Positions 32,545-40,150 of a stretch of 53,039 nt of DNA are shown piece by piece. Origin of the DNA: an uncultured Gammaproteobacteria bacterium (GTDB lineage: Bacteria; Patescibacteriota; Microgenomatia; CAYFQP01); NCBI GenBank assembly GCA_964345375.1, contig CAYFQP010000051.1, forward strand, positions 1 through 53,039, read 5' to 3'. The notes beneath the pieces are model-generated. The model was not told where the DNA came from, made no database searches, and was given only the letters and a program-made list of their open reading frames with translations. The first letter of the stretch is position 1, and every line of letters starts with the position of its first letter. The position numbers were made by a program, and so were the translations under genes.

Positions 32545-34090
32545 ATTCTTCCGCCCTTGCTCCGGCCACCTTTTGGGGGACGAAAAACGAGCTAAAAATT
32601 AGTTTGTTTTCCGGTCCACGACGGTAATTATTAATTTCTCCTTCTGGGTAAACTTCTTTTAGCCGATCCAAGTATTGATTATAAAACGGCAGAACAATAA
32701 ATAGCGAGTCTTTGTTTAAGTTTTCTTTTAAGGGTAGGAACTCGTCTTTTGGTGAGTATTTTCCAAGTTGGTAGAAAAAGTCTTCGCCAGAAAAAGTTGG
32801 AGAGAGAAAACGAATTGATAGATAATCGGAATAGAACCAATCAGAAAGAAGGTAAAGATGAGTATTGGGATTTGAATTGGCTACCTTGGCAACTTCAAGG
32901 GGGACAAAATGGAAATCATGCCAGACAGCCGGATGTTGGGCGAAGTCGACAAAATAAGCTTTAAAATTTAAAACAAAAGCGACGATTAAAAACGGGAAGA
33001 TAAGAGGGTAAAATTTTCTTAGTTGACTCTTTAACCAATAAATCCCAAAACCCGCAAATAAGACAGCGGAGATGATTACGCCGCTACTCCTAATCGGATC
33101 GCCAGCGGCTGGGTAAATCGGCTCGCTAAAAATACTGATACTAATCATGATCAGGAAATTGATTAGGAGAAGGAAGTAGATAGGCTTCCTTGCGTGTCGG
33201 ATAGCGAATCCTAGACCAATCAGAAAGGTAACCCCTGATATTAGATCAAACATGGGCGCACCAGGTAAATTTTTATGGGGCCAGGTGCTGCCGCGGACAT
33301 TAAACATAAGACTGACCCCTTTAAGATTTTCTAAAATAATCTTGGGTATTTCGTCGAGAGAATGGTTATTGAAAATGAAAATGGAACTAATTCGCCCCAT
33401 AAAAATATCAGGGCTATCGAAAGCATAAAATAAAAGTGGCAAAGAAAGGACGATAGTGGTTGTTAAGAATATAAATAAGCCAAGGACATTTTCTTTTAAA
33501 ATTTTTTTGTTAAAAATAGTAAGAAAGATAATCAAGATAAGAAGAACAAGAGGAACAAAACGAAAGGCCATATAAGAGTTTAACCCGAGAGCTAAGAAGA
33601 TTGCGGCCAAAAGAAAATCAGACAGGTTTTTGGTTTTGATTCCTTTTAAGAAGAAAAGAAAGGTTCCGATTTGAAAAAGAGAGGTAGTAATACTCATTAG
33701 TCCTAGTCTTGAGAGATGGATATGCCAGCGAGAGATTGCCAAAAAAAACATTGAGAATAAGGCCACTTCTTTGCCCAAAAAATAACGGATGAAAAAATAG
33801 AATAGAGGAATAGTGGCGATCCCTAGTAAAGCAGAGGTAAGACGAATGGCAGTGGGCGAAGGGCCGAATATTTTAAAAAGACCAGCGACCAAGTAAAAAT
33901 AGAAAGTCGTTTGCCCATAAACATCAGGAGAATAAGGTGTATAAGGAGCGCCTTGGAGAATTCTTAAGGCCTCAATTCCACTTTGAGCTTCGTCGCCATG
34001 AAGACCAGGGGGAATGGTGTTGATTTGATAAAGACGCAAAAAGCTTGCCAGGAGGAAAATTGACAAAAATAAAATTATTTCTTTTCTCAT
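32537..34090 (-). CDS. GT-C fold membrane glycosyltransferase (GT39/ArnT-like)
   Basis: First-loop HGDEAQSG motif; polytopic; C-terminal soluble domain. ATGA-type overlap with the upstream gene. Confidence 0.7.
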   Translation of the reverse strand: MRKEIILFLSIFLLASFLRLYQINTIPPGLHGDEAQSGIEALRILQGAPYTPYSPDVYGQTTFYFYLVAGLFKIFGPSPTAIRLTSALLGIATIPLFYFFIRYFLGKEVALFSMFFLAISRWHIHLSRLGLMSITTSLFQIGTFLFFLKGIKTKNLSDFLLAAIFLALGLNSYMAFRFVPLVLLILIIFLTIFNKKILKENVLGLFIFLTTTIVLSLPLLFYAFDSPDIFMGRISSIFIFNNHSLDEIPKIILENLKGVSLMFNVRGSTWPHKNLPGAPMFDLISGVTFLIGLGFAIRHARKPIYFLLLINFLIMISISIFSEPIYPAAGDPIRSSGVIISAVLFAGFGIYWLKSQLRKFYPLIFPFLIVAFVLNFKAYFVDFAQHPAVWHDFHFVPLEVAKVANSNPNTHLYLLSDWFYSDYLSIRFLSPTFSGEDFFYQLGKYSPKDEFLPLKENLNKDSLFIVLPFYNQYLDRLKEVYPEGEINNYRRGPENKLIFSSFFVPQKVAGARAEEYE

Positions 34091-35760
34091 TGGAGAAGTT
34101 TGGATAATTCGTTTCGAGATAGCTTTTCTTGATTTTGAAAAATCAGGATTTTGGGATGATCGTAGACCTGAAAAGTTTCTTCAGTGGCATCATCATTGAT
34201 GGTTATTCCGAATAGAGAGGGATAAGAAGAAAATTCAGCGATCTTTCTGTATCCTAACCGGCCAGAAAATAATAATTGGTAATAACGAGAAGTGATCGGA
34301 TATTTTCCTGGTAAATACATTAAGGTTCCATAAAGTCGGCGGCTATTAATAATAATGTAATTTGCCTGAGAGAGCTTTTGGGAATAATATTCAATTTTTT
34401 GAGGGGTATCCGCGTCGTAGATGGTTAATTGCTCGATTTGATATTGACTAGGACTATTTCCATCAATCCCGATTGGTAAACCATCGTCCCAATGTTCACC
34501 AAGAATTTTTACTTCTTGGGGAATATTTTGATAAATCCATTGAGAAGCAGTGATTCTGGTTGACTCTCTTGTGTAAATTGAGAAGAAAGCAAAGGACCAG
34601 AAGAGACTTGACCCTAAAGCAAGAATAATCAAAAAACTGCCCCATTGCCGCCATTTTTTCTGAACCTCGAAAATTAACCACGAAGCCGCCATGATTAAAA
34701 AAGGAATGAGAGGGACCATGTAGCGGATGAATTTTGTGTGCCAGGAGCCAACGTAGACAAAATAAGCTAGGGGAAAAGAAACGAAAATTAAAAGCTTTTT
34801 ATTTTTCTTTTTGATTGCTGTAAAAAGTAATAAAAGAAAGCCTAGGTATCCCAATAAAACCACTGGTCCGACTTGCCAAATTAAATTTTTCAATTGAAAC
34901 AGATAAGGAAGAGTCTTCTCAAACTGGAGAACGTAAACAACTTTCAATTTTCCTGTGGCTACTCCTGACTCATAAGCCATTGATTCTAAAAATTTTGTTT
35001 TGTCAATAAAAGCGTATGGCGAGAGGATGATAAAGGTAACCAGCGCTACCAATATTAACACTAAAAGCTTAAATTGGTAGTTTAAATATTTAAATTGTTT
35101 TCTGTTTTTAATCGAGACAAAAGAATGACTTACTAATGGGACGACAATGAAGGAAAGAGCTGATATCTTAGTCGAGACGGCTAGTCCCACGATGAGGCCG
35201 ATTCTTAAATATTCCTTAAGCCTCTGTTTTTCTAAAAGCTTGAGAGAGAGTAAAAGCACCAATACCAACCAAAAGGTCAACATGCTTTCGGTGACACCAT
35301 AGTGGGCGGTTTGGATTAAGGAAGCAGTAAAGGCAGTTAGAAAAGAGGCGATTAAACCGATTTTTTTGCTCCAAATTACTTTAGCGACTAAGAAGACAAG
35401 GAAGATGGTAAGAGAGGAAAAAAGGACAGAAACGCCTCGAGTGACAAGGTTGATTTTCCCCCAATTATAAACCCAGTTATTATCTTTAACGAGTAATGAA
35501 ATTGTTTCCCCTACAGCTCGGTAAAGATAGAGAGGTAAACTACCATAAGCAAAAAATTTGGGATTGAGCTGGCCAAAAAAGGAAATTCGAGAAACAGCGG
35601 CAGCAATATTTCTTTCATCTGGGTGGAAAAAATGTCCCTGATCCCAGTTTAGATTATAAAAGCGGAGGAATCCCCCAAATAAGAAAATGAGGACTAATAA
35701 CCAGTTTGATTTCCAACGAACTAGGTAGTTATTAATTAGAGTCTTAATTTTTTTAGTCAT
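34087..35760 (-). CDS. GT-C fold membrane glycosyltransferase (PMT_2/DUF2298-related)
   Basis: First-loop FFHPDERNIA acidic motif; polytopic; C-terminal soluble domain. Confidence 0.6.
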   Translation of the reverse strand: MTKKIKTLINNYLVRWKSNWLLVLIFLFGGFLRFYNLNWDQGHFFHPDERNIAAAVSRISFFGQLNPKFFAYGSLPLYLYRAVGETISLLVKDNNWVYNWGKINLVTRGVSVLFSSLTIFLVFLVAKVIWSKKIGLIASFLTAFTASLIQTAHYGVTESMLTFWLVLVLLLSLKLLEKQRLKEYLRIGLIVGLAVSTKISALSFIVVPLVSHSFVSIKNRKQFKYLNYQFKLLVLILVALVTFIILSPYAFIDKTKFLESMAYESGVATGKLKVVYVLQFEKTLPYLFQLKNLIWQVGPVVLLGYLGFLLLLFTAIKKKNKKLLIFVSFPLAYFVYVGSWHTKFIRYMVPLIPFLIMAASWLIFEVQKKWRQWGSFLIILALGSSLFWSFAFFSIYTRESTRITASQWIYQNIPQEVKILGEHWDDGLPIGIDGNSPSQYQIEQLTIYDADTPQKIEYYSQKLSQANYIIINSRRLYGTLMYLPGKYPITSRYYQLLFSGRLGYRKIAEFSSYPSLFGITINDDATEETFQVYDHPKILIFQNQEKLSRNELSKLLQ

Positions 35761-36964
35761 TTAAGATTAGTTTGACGATTTTTTCACCAAGCTCTATTGC
35801 GTAGTTAACCCCTCTGTCCCAAGGATAAACTTGCTGCATGTTTGCCAGATAAATATTTTTAATGGGAGTTTGGTGGGGCGGAATGATTTGGGAATAGTTG
35901 GTAGGGATAACAGGTTGAGCAGACTTATTAATTGATAATTGATAACTAGTGATTAACAGCTTTTTAAAAGAAGGATTGATTTTCTGGAGGTATGGTTCAA
36001 ATATTTGGAGTAGTTCCTTGGCCGATTTTTTTAGAAAGGGATGATTCTGAGGATAATATCCGCCGACGTAAATGAGATGGCTATTGTTATAATGTTTGGG
36101 GTTAATGAAATTAGTGTGTTCAACTACGGCGACAAAAGGGAAGTTTGGCTCATTAATGTTTAGCCAATAGGTGTTATCTTTTAAAAACTGTTTTTTTAAA
36201 ACCAGAAGGAGGTTAATTGCTCCAAGCATTTTTGGTAGTCTTGTATTTTTAAAAAATTTTTGGGTTGGGATGGTGAGAATAACTCTGTCGAAATCCTTAA
36301 GTTCAGATAAGTTTTGGATTTCTTGATTGAAAATAATTCTACCTTTATTATTTTCAATTTCTTTTACTAATTTATCTATTAAAGTTTGAAACCCACCTTC
36401 AATATAGCCTAGTTGGATACTTCGTTTTTTAATTCTTGCCCAGAACCAAGCCATAGAAATTTTCTCAGCCTGATTGTCGAATTTAGATTTTAGGAGAGGC
36501 TGCCAGAGGATTTGATAGGTTTTTGGACCGTAGTATTTTTTTAACCACCCTGGAGCTTTAGTTTTTTCTAGGGTTTGCCAGTAAGGATAGGTTTTTAAGA
36601 ACAGGGTGATTAGCCCTGTTCTTAGTCTGTTAGGAATACTGAGCAAAGGAAAACTTAAGACAGAGATAGGCGAGTCGAATTGATAAATTTTGTTCTCTTT
36701 AAACACCGATGTTTTTGGCCGAAGATAGAACAATTTATTTTTAATTCCTAGTTCTTCTAGAAGATTTTTAGCTTGGTGGTCAGAAATGAAGAGGTGGTGA
36801 AAGAATGATTCTAGATACCAATTCCAGTTCTTCTTTTTGAAACCATTGGCTAAACCTCCAGGAAATTTTTCTTTTTCAAAAAGAGTGATCTGATGGCCTT
36901 TTTTAGAGAGTCGATAGCCTGCGGTTAAACCAGTAAAGCCAGCGCCAATAACAGCAATTTTCAT
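35753..36964 (-). CDS. FAD/NAD(P)-binding oxidoreductase (amine-oxidase / HemY / CrtI superfamily)
   Basis: MKIAVIGAGFTGLTAGYRL...FEKEKFPGGLA dinucleotide-binding fold. 8-nt overlap with the downstream GT-C gene. Confidence 0.7.
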   Translation of the reverse strand: MKIAVIGAGFTGLTAGYRLSKKGHQITLFEKEKFPGGLANGFKKKNWNWYLESFFHHLFISDHQAKNLLEELGIKNKLFYLRPKTSVFKENKIYQFDSPISVLSFPLLSIPNRLRTGLITLFLKTYPYWQTLEKTKAPGWLKKYYGPKTYQILWQPLLKSKFDNQAEKISMAWFWARIKKRSIQLGYIEGGFQTLIDKLVKEIENNKGRIIFNQEIQNLSELKDFDRVILTIPTQKFFKNTRLPKMLGAINLLLVLKKQFLKDNTYWLNINEPNFPFVAVVEHTNFINPKHYNNSHLIYVGGYYPQNHPFLKKSAKELLQIFEPYLQKINPSFKKLLITSYQLSINKSAQPVIPTNYSQIIPPHQTPIKNIYLANMQQVYPWDRGVNYAIELGEKIVKLILND

Positions 36965-36970
36965 GAGGCC

Positions 36971-36979
36971 ATTTTAACA
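36971..36979 (-). promoter_or_regulatory. extended -10 box TGTTAAAAT, 6 nt before ATG 36964
   Basis: Read directly on the minus strand. Confidence 0.45.
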
Positions 36980-37000
36980 CTTCCAAACTTAGTTAAAAAG

Positions 37001-38338
37001 TTAAGAAGAAAAGAGAAAAGATTTGATAACAAACCCAAAGAAGATTAAGCCGCTACCGATGAGAAAGACGATGAAAGTTGGTACTGGATATCCTGGTTCA
37101 GGAACACCAGCTTCAGTTGAAGGAACTTCTGTCCGGGGTTGGGGAGTAGGGGTGAGGGTAGGAGTGAGAGTGGCCGAAGGGGTGGAAGTAAATGAGGGAA
37201 GCTCACTGTCTCCTGCTGCTAGCACGGTGAAGGTTTTACTTATGGCCTGACCTCCATAGGAAACCTTGATGGTATGGGTGCCGGGTTCTAAATCCGCTGG
37301 AGGAGTCCAAGACCAGGTGCCATCCTCATTGACTTTAACTGTGCCCGTATAAGCAGGAGACTCAACTGTAACACTGATTATTTTCCCGGCTGGTCCAGTA
37401 CCAGCAAATTCAGGCTTAAGGGTGTTGAGGTCTTCTTCCTCTTCGGGATTAATGATGCTTAGTTCGCCAGTTGGAGTAGCTGTTGGAGTGGGTTCAATTT
37501 CAGGACTAAAACCAGAAGGAGGGGTTGGAGAGGGGGTGGTTTCAAGGAGTGTCTCGGTCGGTGTCGGCGTGATGATAAATTCCTCCTCTTCTGTCTGATA
37601 ACGGAAGTCTTGGGTTTCTCCCAGGGTGATTAAGGGAACGGGATTATCGTTTTTAGTGGTTGTTATCGCTGAAGCATGACCTAAATTACCACCTTCAACT
37701 TGGATATCAATGACTTGAGCCTCTCGGTCGTATCCGGCAAAAGAATTCAAGTCAGTTGTCCGAGCCGTGTTGAGAGGGATAAGCCAACCTCCTGAAGAAC
37801 CAGTAATTGCGGAGAGAGGGGAGGCATTGGCCATCGAGAGATAGATAATTACTCCTTCAGCTGGTGTGCCATCGGGTTTGTTGACTGTTCCAGAAGCAAC
37901 ATCACTAGGGGGTAGTAAGCCTTGGGCCACAGGAGCGGTTCTGGTTTCATCTGGTTTCTCTCGAATGGGGAATTCTCTTCCACCAGAACCAATTTTATAA
38001 TAATACTGGGTGCTCGGTTTGAGATTGACTAAAGTAACGTAGTGAGTGGTATATTGACCGGTCTGGCCAGAAAGCTGGTCACGGTCATCAGCCAACGTAT
38101 AACTCAAAGTGGCTGTTTCTCCATATTTAACAAAACCACTGGTTGATTGTGAGGTAGTCCAAGAAATTGTTAAAGAATTGTCACTAATGTTGGTAATTTT
38201 TATTTCTTGGGGAATAATTTCAGGTGAGGCTTTAAGGAAAATATTTTGTCCTTGGGTAACAAGAAATATCCCTGCCGCTAAGCCGACTATTAGGATGATA
38301 ATTCCGATGATAGTGGGTATTTTTTTCTCTTTAAACAT
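37001..38338 (-). CDS. doubly anchored surface protein: N-terminal TM, FN3/purple-acid-phosphatase-N-like domain, CarboxypepD_reg-like domain, PT linkers, Ig-like domain, C-terminal TM
   Basis: LTISWTTSQSTSGFVKYGETA...YTTHYVTLVNLKPSTQYYYKIG. SGTVNKPDGTPAEGVIIYLS. PEFAGTGPAGKIISVTVES...GTHTIKVSY. PT-rich linkers. Start overlaps the stop of the upstream small gene. Confidence 0.55.
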   Translation of the reverse strand: MFKEKKIPTIIGIIILIVGLAAGIFLVTQGQNIFLKASPEIIPQEIKITNISDNSLTISWTTSQSTSGFVKYGETATLSYTLADDRDQLSGQTGQYTTHYVTLVNLKPSTQYYYKIGSGGREFPIREKPDETRTAPVAQGLLPPSDVASGTVNKPDGTPAEGVIIYLSMANASPLSAITGSSGGWLIPLNTARTTDLNSFAGYDREAQVIDIQVEGGNLGHASAITTTKNDNPVPLITLGETQDFRYQTEEEEFIITPTPTETLLETTPSPTPPSGFSPEIEPTPTATPTGELSIINPEEEEDLNTLKPEFAGTGPAGKIISVTVESPAYTGTVKVNEDGTWSWTPPADLEPGTHTIKVSYGGQAISKTFTVLAAGDSELPSFTSTPSATLTPTLTPTPQPRTEVPSTEAGVPEPGYPVPTFIVFLIGSGLIFFGFVIKSFLFSS

Positions 38339-38613
38339 TAATCTGTTCCTTCTGCTTCTTCAGTTGCCTCCTCAGTAGTTGGTATTTCCGGTGGAAGGTA
38401 TTGACCTCTTTCTAAAAAAGATTTTTTCGAGATTTGATTGATGACTTCTTGATCAAGCTCGGGGTTAAGAGGCTCCAGTTGTTCTTTAGGAACATTGACT
38501 GTTTCCTCCTTGAAAAAAATCCGGTGGATATCAAGCCCAATCCAAGTTAAAACGGTGATTAAAGTTAGAATGGCTAAAATCAGGACGTCTCTTGAAATCT
38601 TTCTTTTTTTCAT
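38338..38613 (-). CDS. small bitopic membrane protein, unknown function (occupies the position after pilO)
   Basis: One N-terminal TM and an acidic C-terminal tail. Translationally coupled on both sides. Confidence 0.4.
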   Translation of the reverse strand: MKKRKISRDVLILAILTLITVLTWIGLDIHRIFFKEETVNVPKEQLEPLNPELDQEVINQISKKSFLERGQYLPPEIPTTEEATEEAEGTD

Positions 38614-39260
38614 TATTGTCCGCCTTTGGTTAAATAAAATGATTCGAGCTGAAGACTGATATTTAAGGTGAATAGGCCTGTTTCTTCGTCCTCGATTCCC
38701 TTGACCGTGACAGTTTCGATACCAGTCACTCGTCTCAAGTTTTCAAGAGAATCAAGAAAGCCATTGACGTTCTCAAAATCTCCTCCTGAGGCAAGAGTGA
38801 AGTTTATTGAGGGATAGTCACCCACCTTTCTCCCTTTTTTCTTTTCTTCTCCTAAAAGGTAAGAGGATTCAAAACCGAGAGATCTTAATTCAACGTTATG
38901 GGTTTGAGCAAGAATCTCGATTTGGTAAATTAAGTCGGTTAGACTAGGTTCCAAGGGGAGGGTTTGGTCAACGAGAGCGATTTTATCACTAATCAAGGAA
39001 TAATTAGTCTGGGCTTGTCTCAAGGTGTTGATTTTTATCTGTAACTTTTTATCAATCTCTTTTTTCTGCTCAATTGTCTTAAACAAACCAGCAATTGTTG
39101 TTATTGTGGGTTTAATCGCAAAAAGAGCGAAGAAGGAGATGGTTATAAGAGTAAGGATGAGACCAGTGTAGACGACAACCTCTCGTTTATCATAGAGGCC
39201 TTTTACCCTAACGAAATATCGGTGATAACGATGATATTCGGTTTGCCAATCAAAAGCCAT
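38613..39260 (-). CDS. pilO: type IV pilus assembly protein PilO-like
   Basis: Short cytoplasmic N-terminus, one TM, coiled coil (KKEIDKKLQIKINTLRQAQ), then LPLEPSLTDLIYQIEILAQTHNVELRSLGF core. Follows pilN with a 1-nt overlap. Confidence 0.55.
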   Translation of the reverse strand: MAFDWQTEYHRYHRYFVRVKGLYDKREVVVYTGLILTLITISFFALFAIKPTITTIAGLFKTIEQKKEIDKKLQIKINTLRQAQTNYSLISDKIALVDQTLPLEPSLTDLIYQIEILAQTHNVELRSLGFESSYLLGEEKKKGRKVGDYPSINFTLASGGDFENVNGFLDSLENLRRVTGIETVTVKGIEDEETGLFTLNISLQLESFYLTKGGQ

Positions 39261-39814
39261 TAGATTTCCTCAGAACGGACATATTGAGCATTGATGGAAA
39301 AGCTTATTTCAGGTCCTGTTTCAAGCCTTTTAGAGACACTGGCTAAATTGATATTTTTAAAATAAGGTGAGGTTGATAAATTGGCGACAAAATTGCCTAA
39401 ACCTTTTTCTGAGAGGGCAATTGCTCTGATTTGAACATCATTATCTTCACCAAAATTAAGATTAGAAATGGCCACATCAACTGGCGTTAGGGATCCAAGA
39501 GTAATGATGAGTCGGGTAGTTGAGGTTTGACCGGTGGTTATTTTTTTGATGGTTGCTAGCCTTTTTTGGAGGAAGATGAATTCTTTTTCAAATTCAGCTG
39601 AGGCTTCAATGATTGCCTGTTTTTCTCTAATCGACTGGTTGAGATCGGCTAAATCTCGGTCAAGTTTGAATCGAGAAAGAAAAGCGAGGATAACAATCAG
39701 CTCGGTAAAAATAACAATGTAGCGGCCAACAGAAAGAGCCCAGGTTAGCAGTCGACCAATTGGTTTTTTTTCAAATTCTTCTCTGGGTAGGAGGTTAATT
39801 TCTTTTTTGGGCAT
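39260..39814 (-). CDS. pilN: type IV pilus assembly protein PilN-like
   Basis: N-terminal INLLP motif (PilM-binding peptide), one TM, coiled coil, C-terminal alpha/beta domain. ATG 39814 is preferred over the TTG at 39835 because a TTGACA-18-TATACT promoter overlaps the extension. Confidence 0.65.
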   Translation of the reverse strand: MPKKEINLLPREEFEKKPIGRLLTWALSVGRYIVIFTELIVILAFLSRFKLDRDLADLNQSIREKQAIIEASAEFEKEFIFLQKRLATIKKITTGQTSTTRLIITLGSLTPVDVAISNLNFGEDNDVQIRAIALSEKGLGNFVANLSTSPYFKNINLASVSKRLETGPEISFSINAQYVRSEEI

Positions 39815-39824
39815 GAGTGACTTA

Positions 39825-39854
39825 AGTATAGGCAAAATAGGGAGGGTTTGTCAA
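39825..39854 (-). promoter_or_regulatory. sigma70-like promoter TTGACA-18-TATACT, -10 ends 10 nt before ATG 39814
   Basis: Minus strand: TTGACA (39854-39849), TATACT (39830-39825). Confidence 0.55.
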
Positions 39855-39863
39855 AGGAGGGTT

Positions 39864-40112
39864 TTAGGCTTTTCTTTTTGTTTTTACTGCCTGAGTAAGG
39901 CGATGTTTAAGTCGGGCTGCTTTATTTTTGTGGATAACTCCCTTTTTAGCAGCTCGATCAATAATCCGGTAGGCCTCAAGAAGCGTCTTGGCTGATTTCA
40001 GCCTTTTCGTCTTAGCAATAGTTTTTTTTAGTTGCTGACGGATTAATTTGTTTGTTTCGGTTCTACGACGATCTCGTCGAAGAGCCTTTTTAGCGCTTTT
40101 GGTTACCGGCAT
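39864..40112 (-). CDS. rpsT: 30S ribosomal protein S20
   Basis: MPVTKSAKKALRRDRRRTETNK...IDRAAKKGVIHKNKAARLKHRL, typical of S20. Confidence 0.9.
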   Translation of the reverse strand: MPVTKSAKKALRRDRRRTETNKLIRQQLKKTIAKTKRLKSAKTLLEAYRIIDRAAKKGVIHKNKAARLKHRLTQAVKTKRKA

Positions 40113-40120
40113 TTTAGGCT

Positions 40121-40129
40121 ATAATAACA
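40121..40129 (-). promoter_or_regulatory. extended -10 box TGTTATTAT, 8 nt before ATG 40112; overlaps a plus-strand TATAAT (40120-40125) for murJ
   Basis: Read directly on both strands (ggctataataacag). Confidence 0.45.
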
Positions 40130-40150
40130 GAATCGAGGTCATTTGCCAAG

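Noticed and set aside
37004-37108. C-terminus VPEPGYPVPT-hydrophobic-K of the FN3/Ig protein resembles a PEP-CTERM sorting signal
   Set aside because: It has a single Lys instead of an Arg-rich cluster. No exosortase or archaeosortase is in the window, and the organism probably lacks an outer membrane. It is treated as a plain C-terminal TM anchor.
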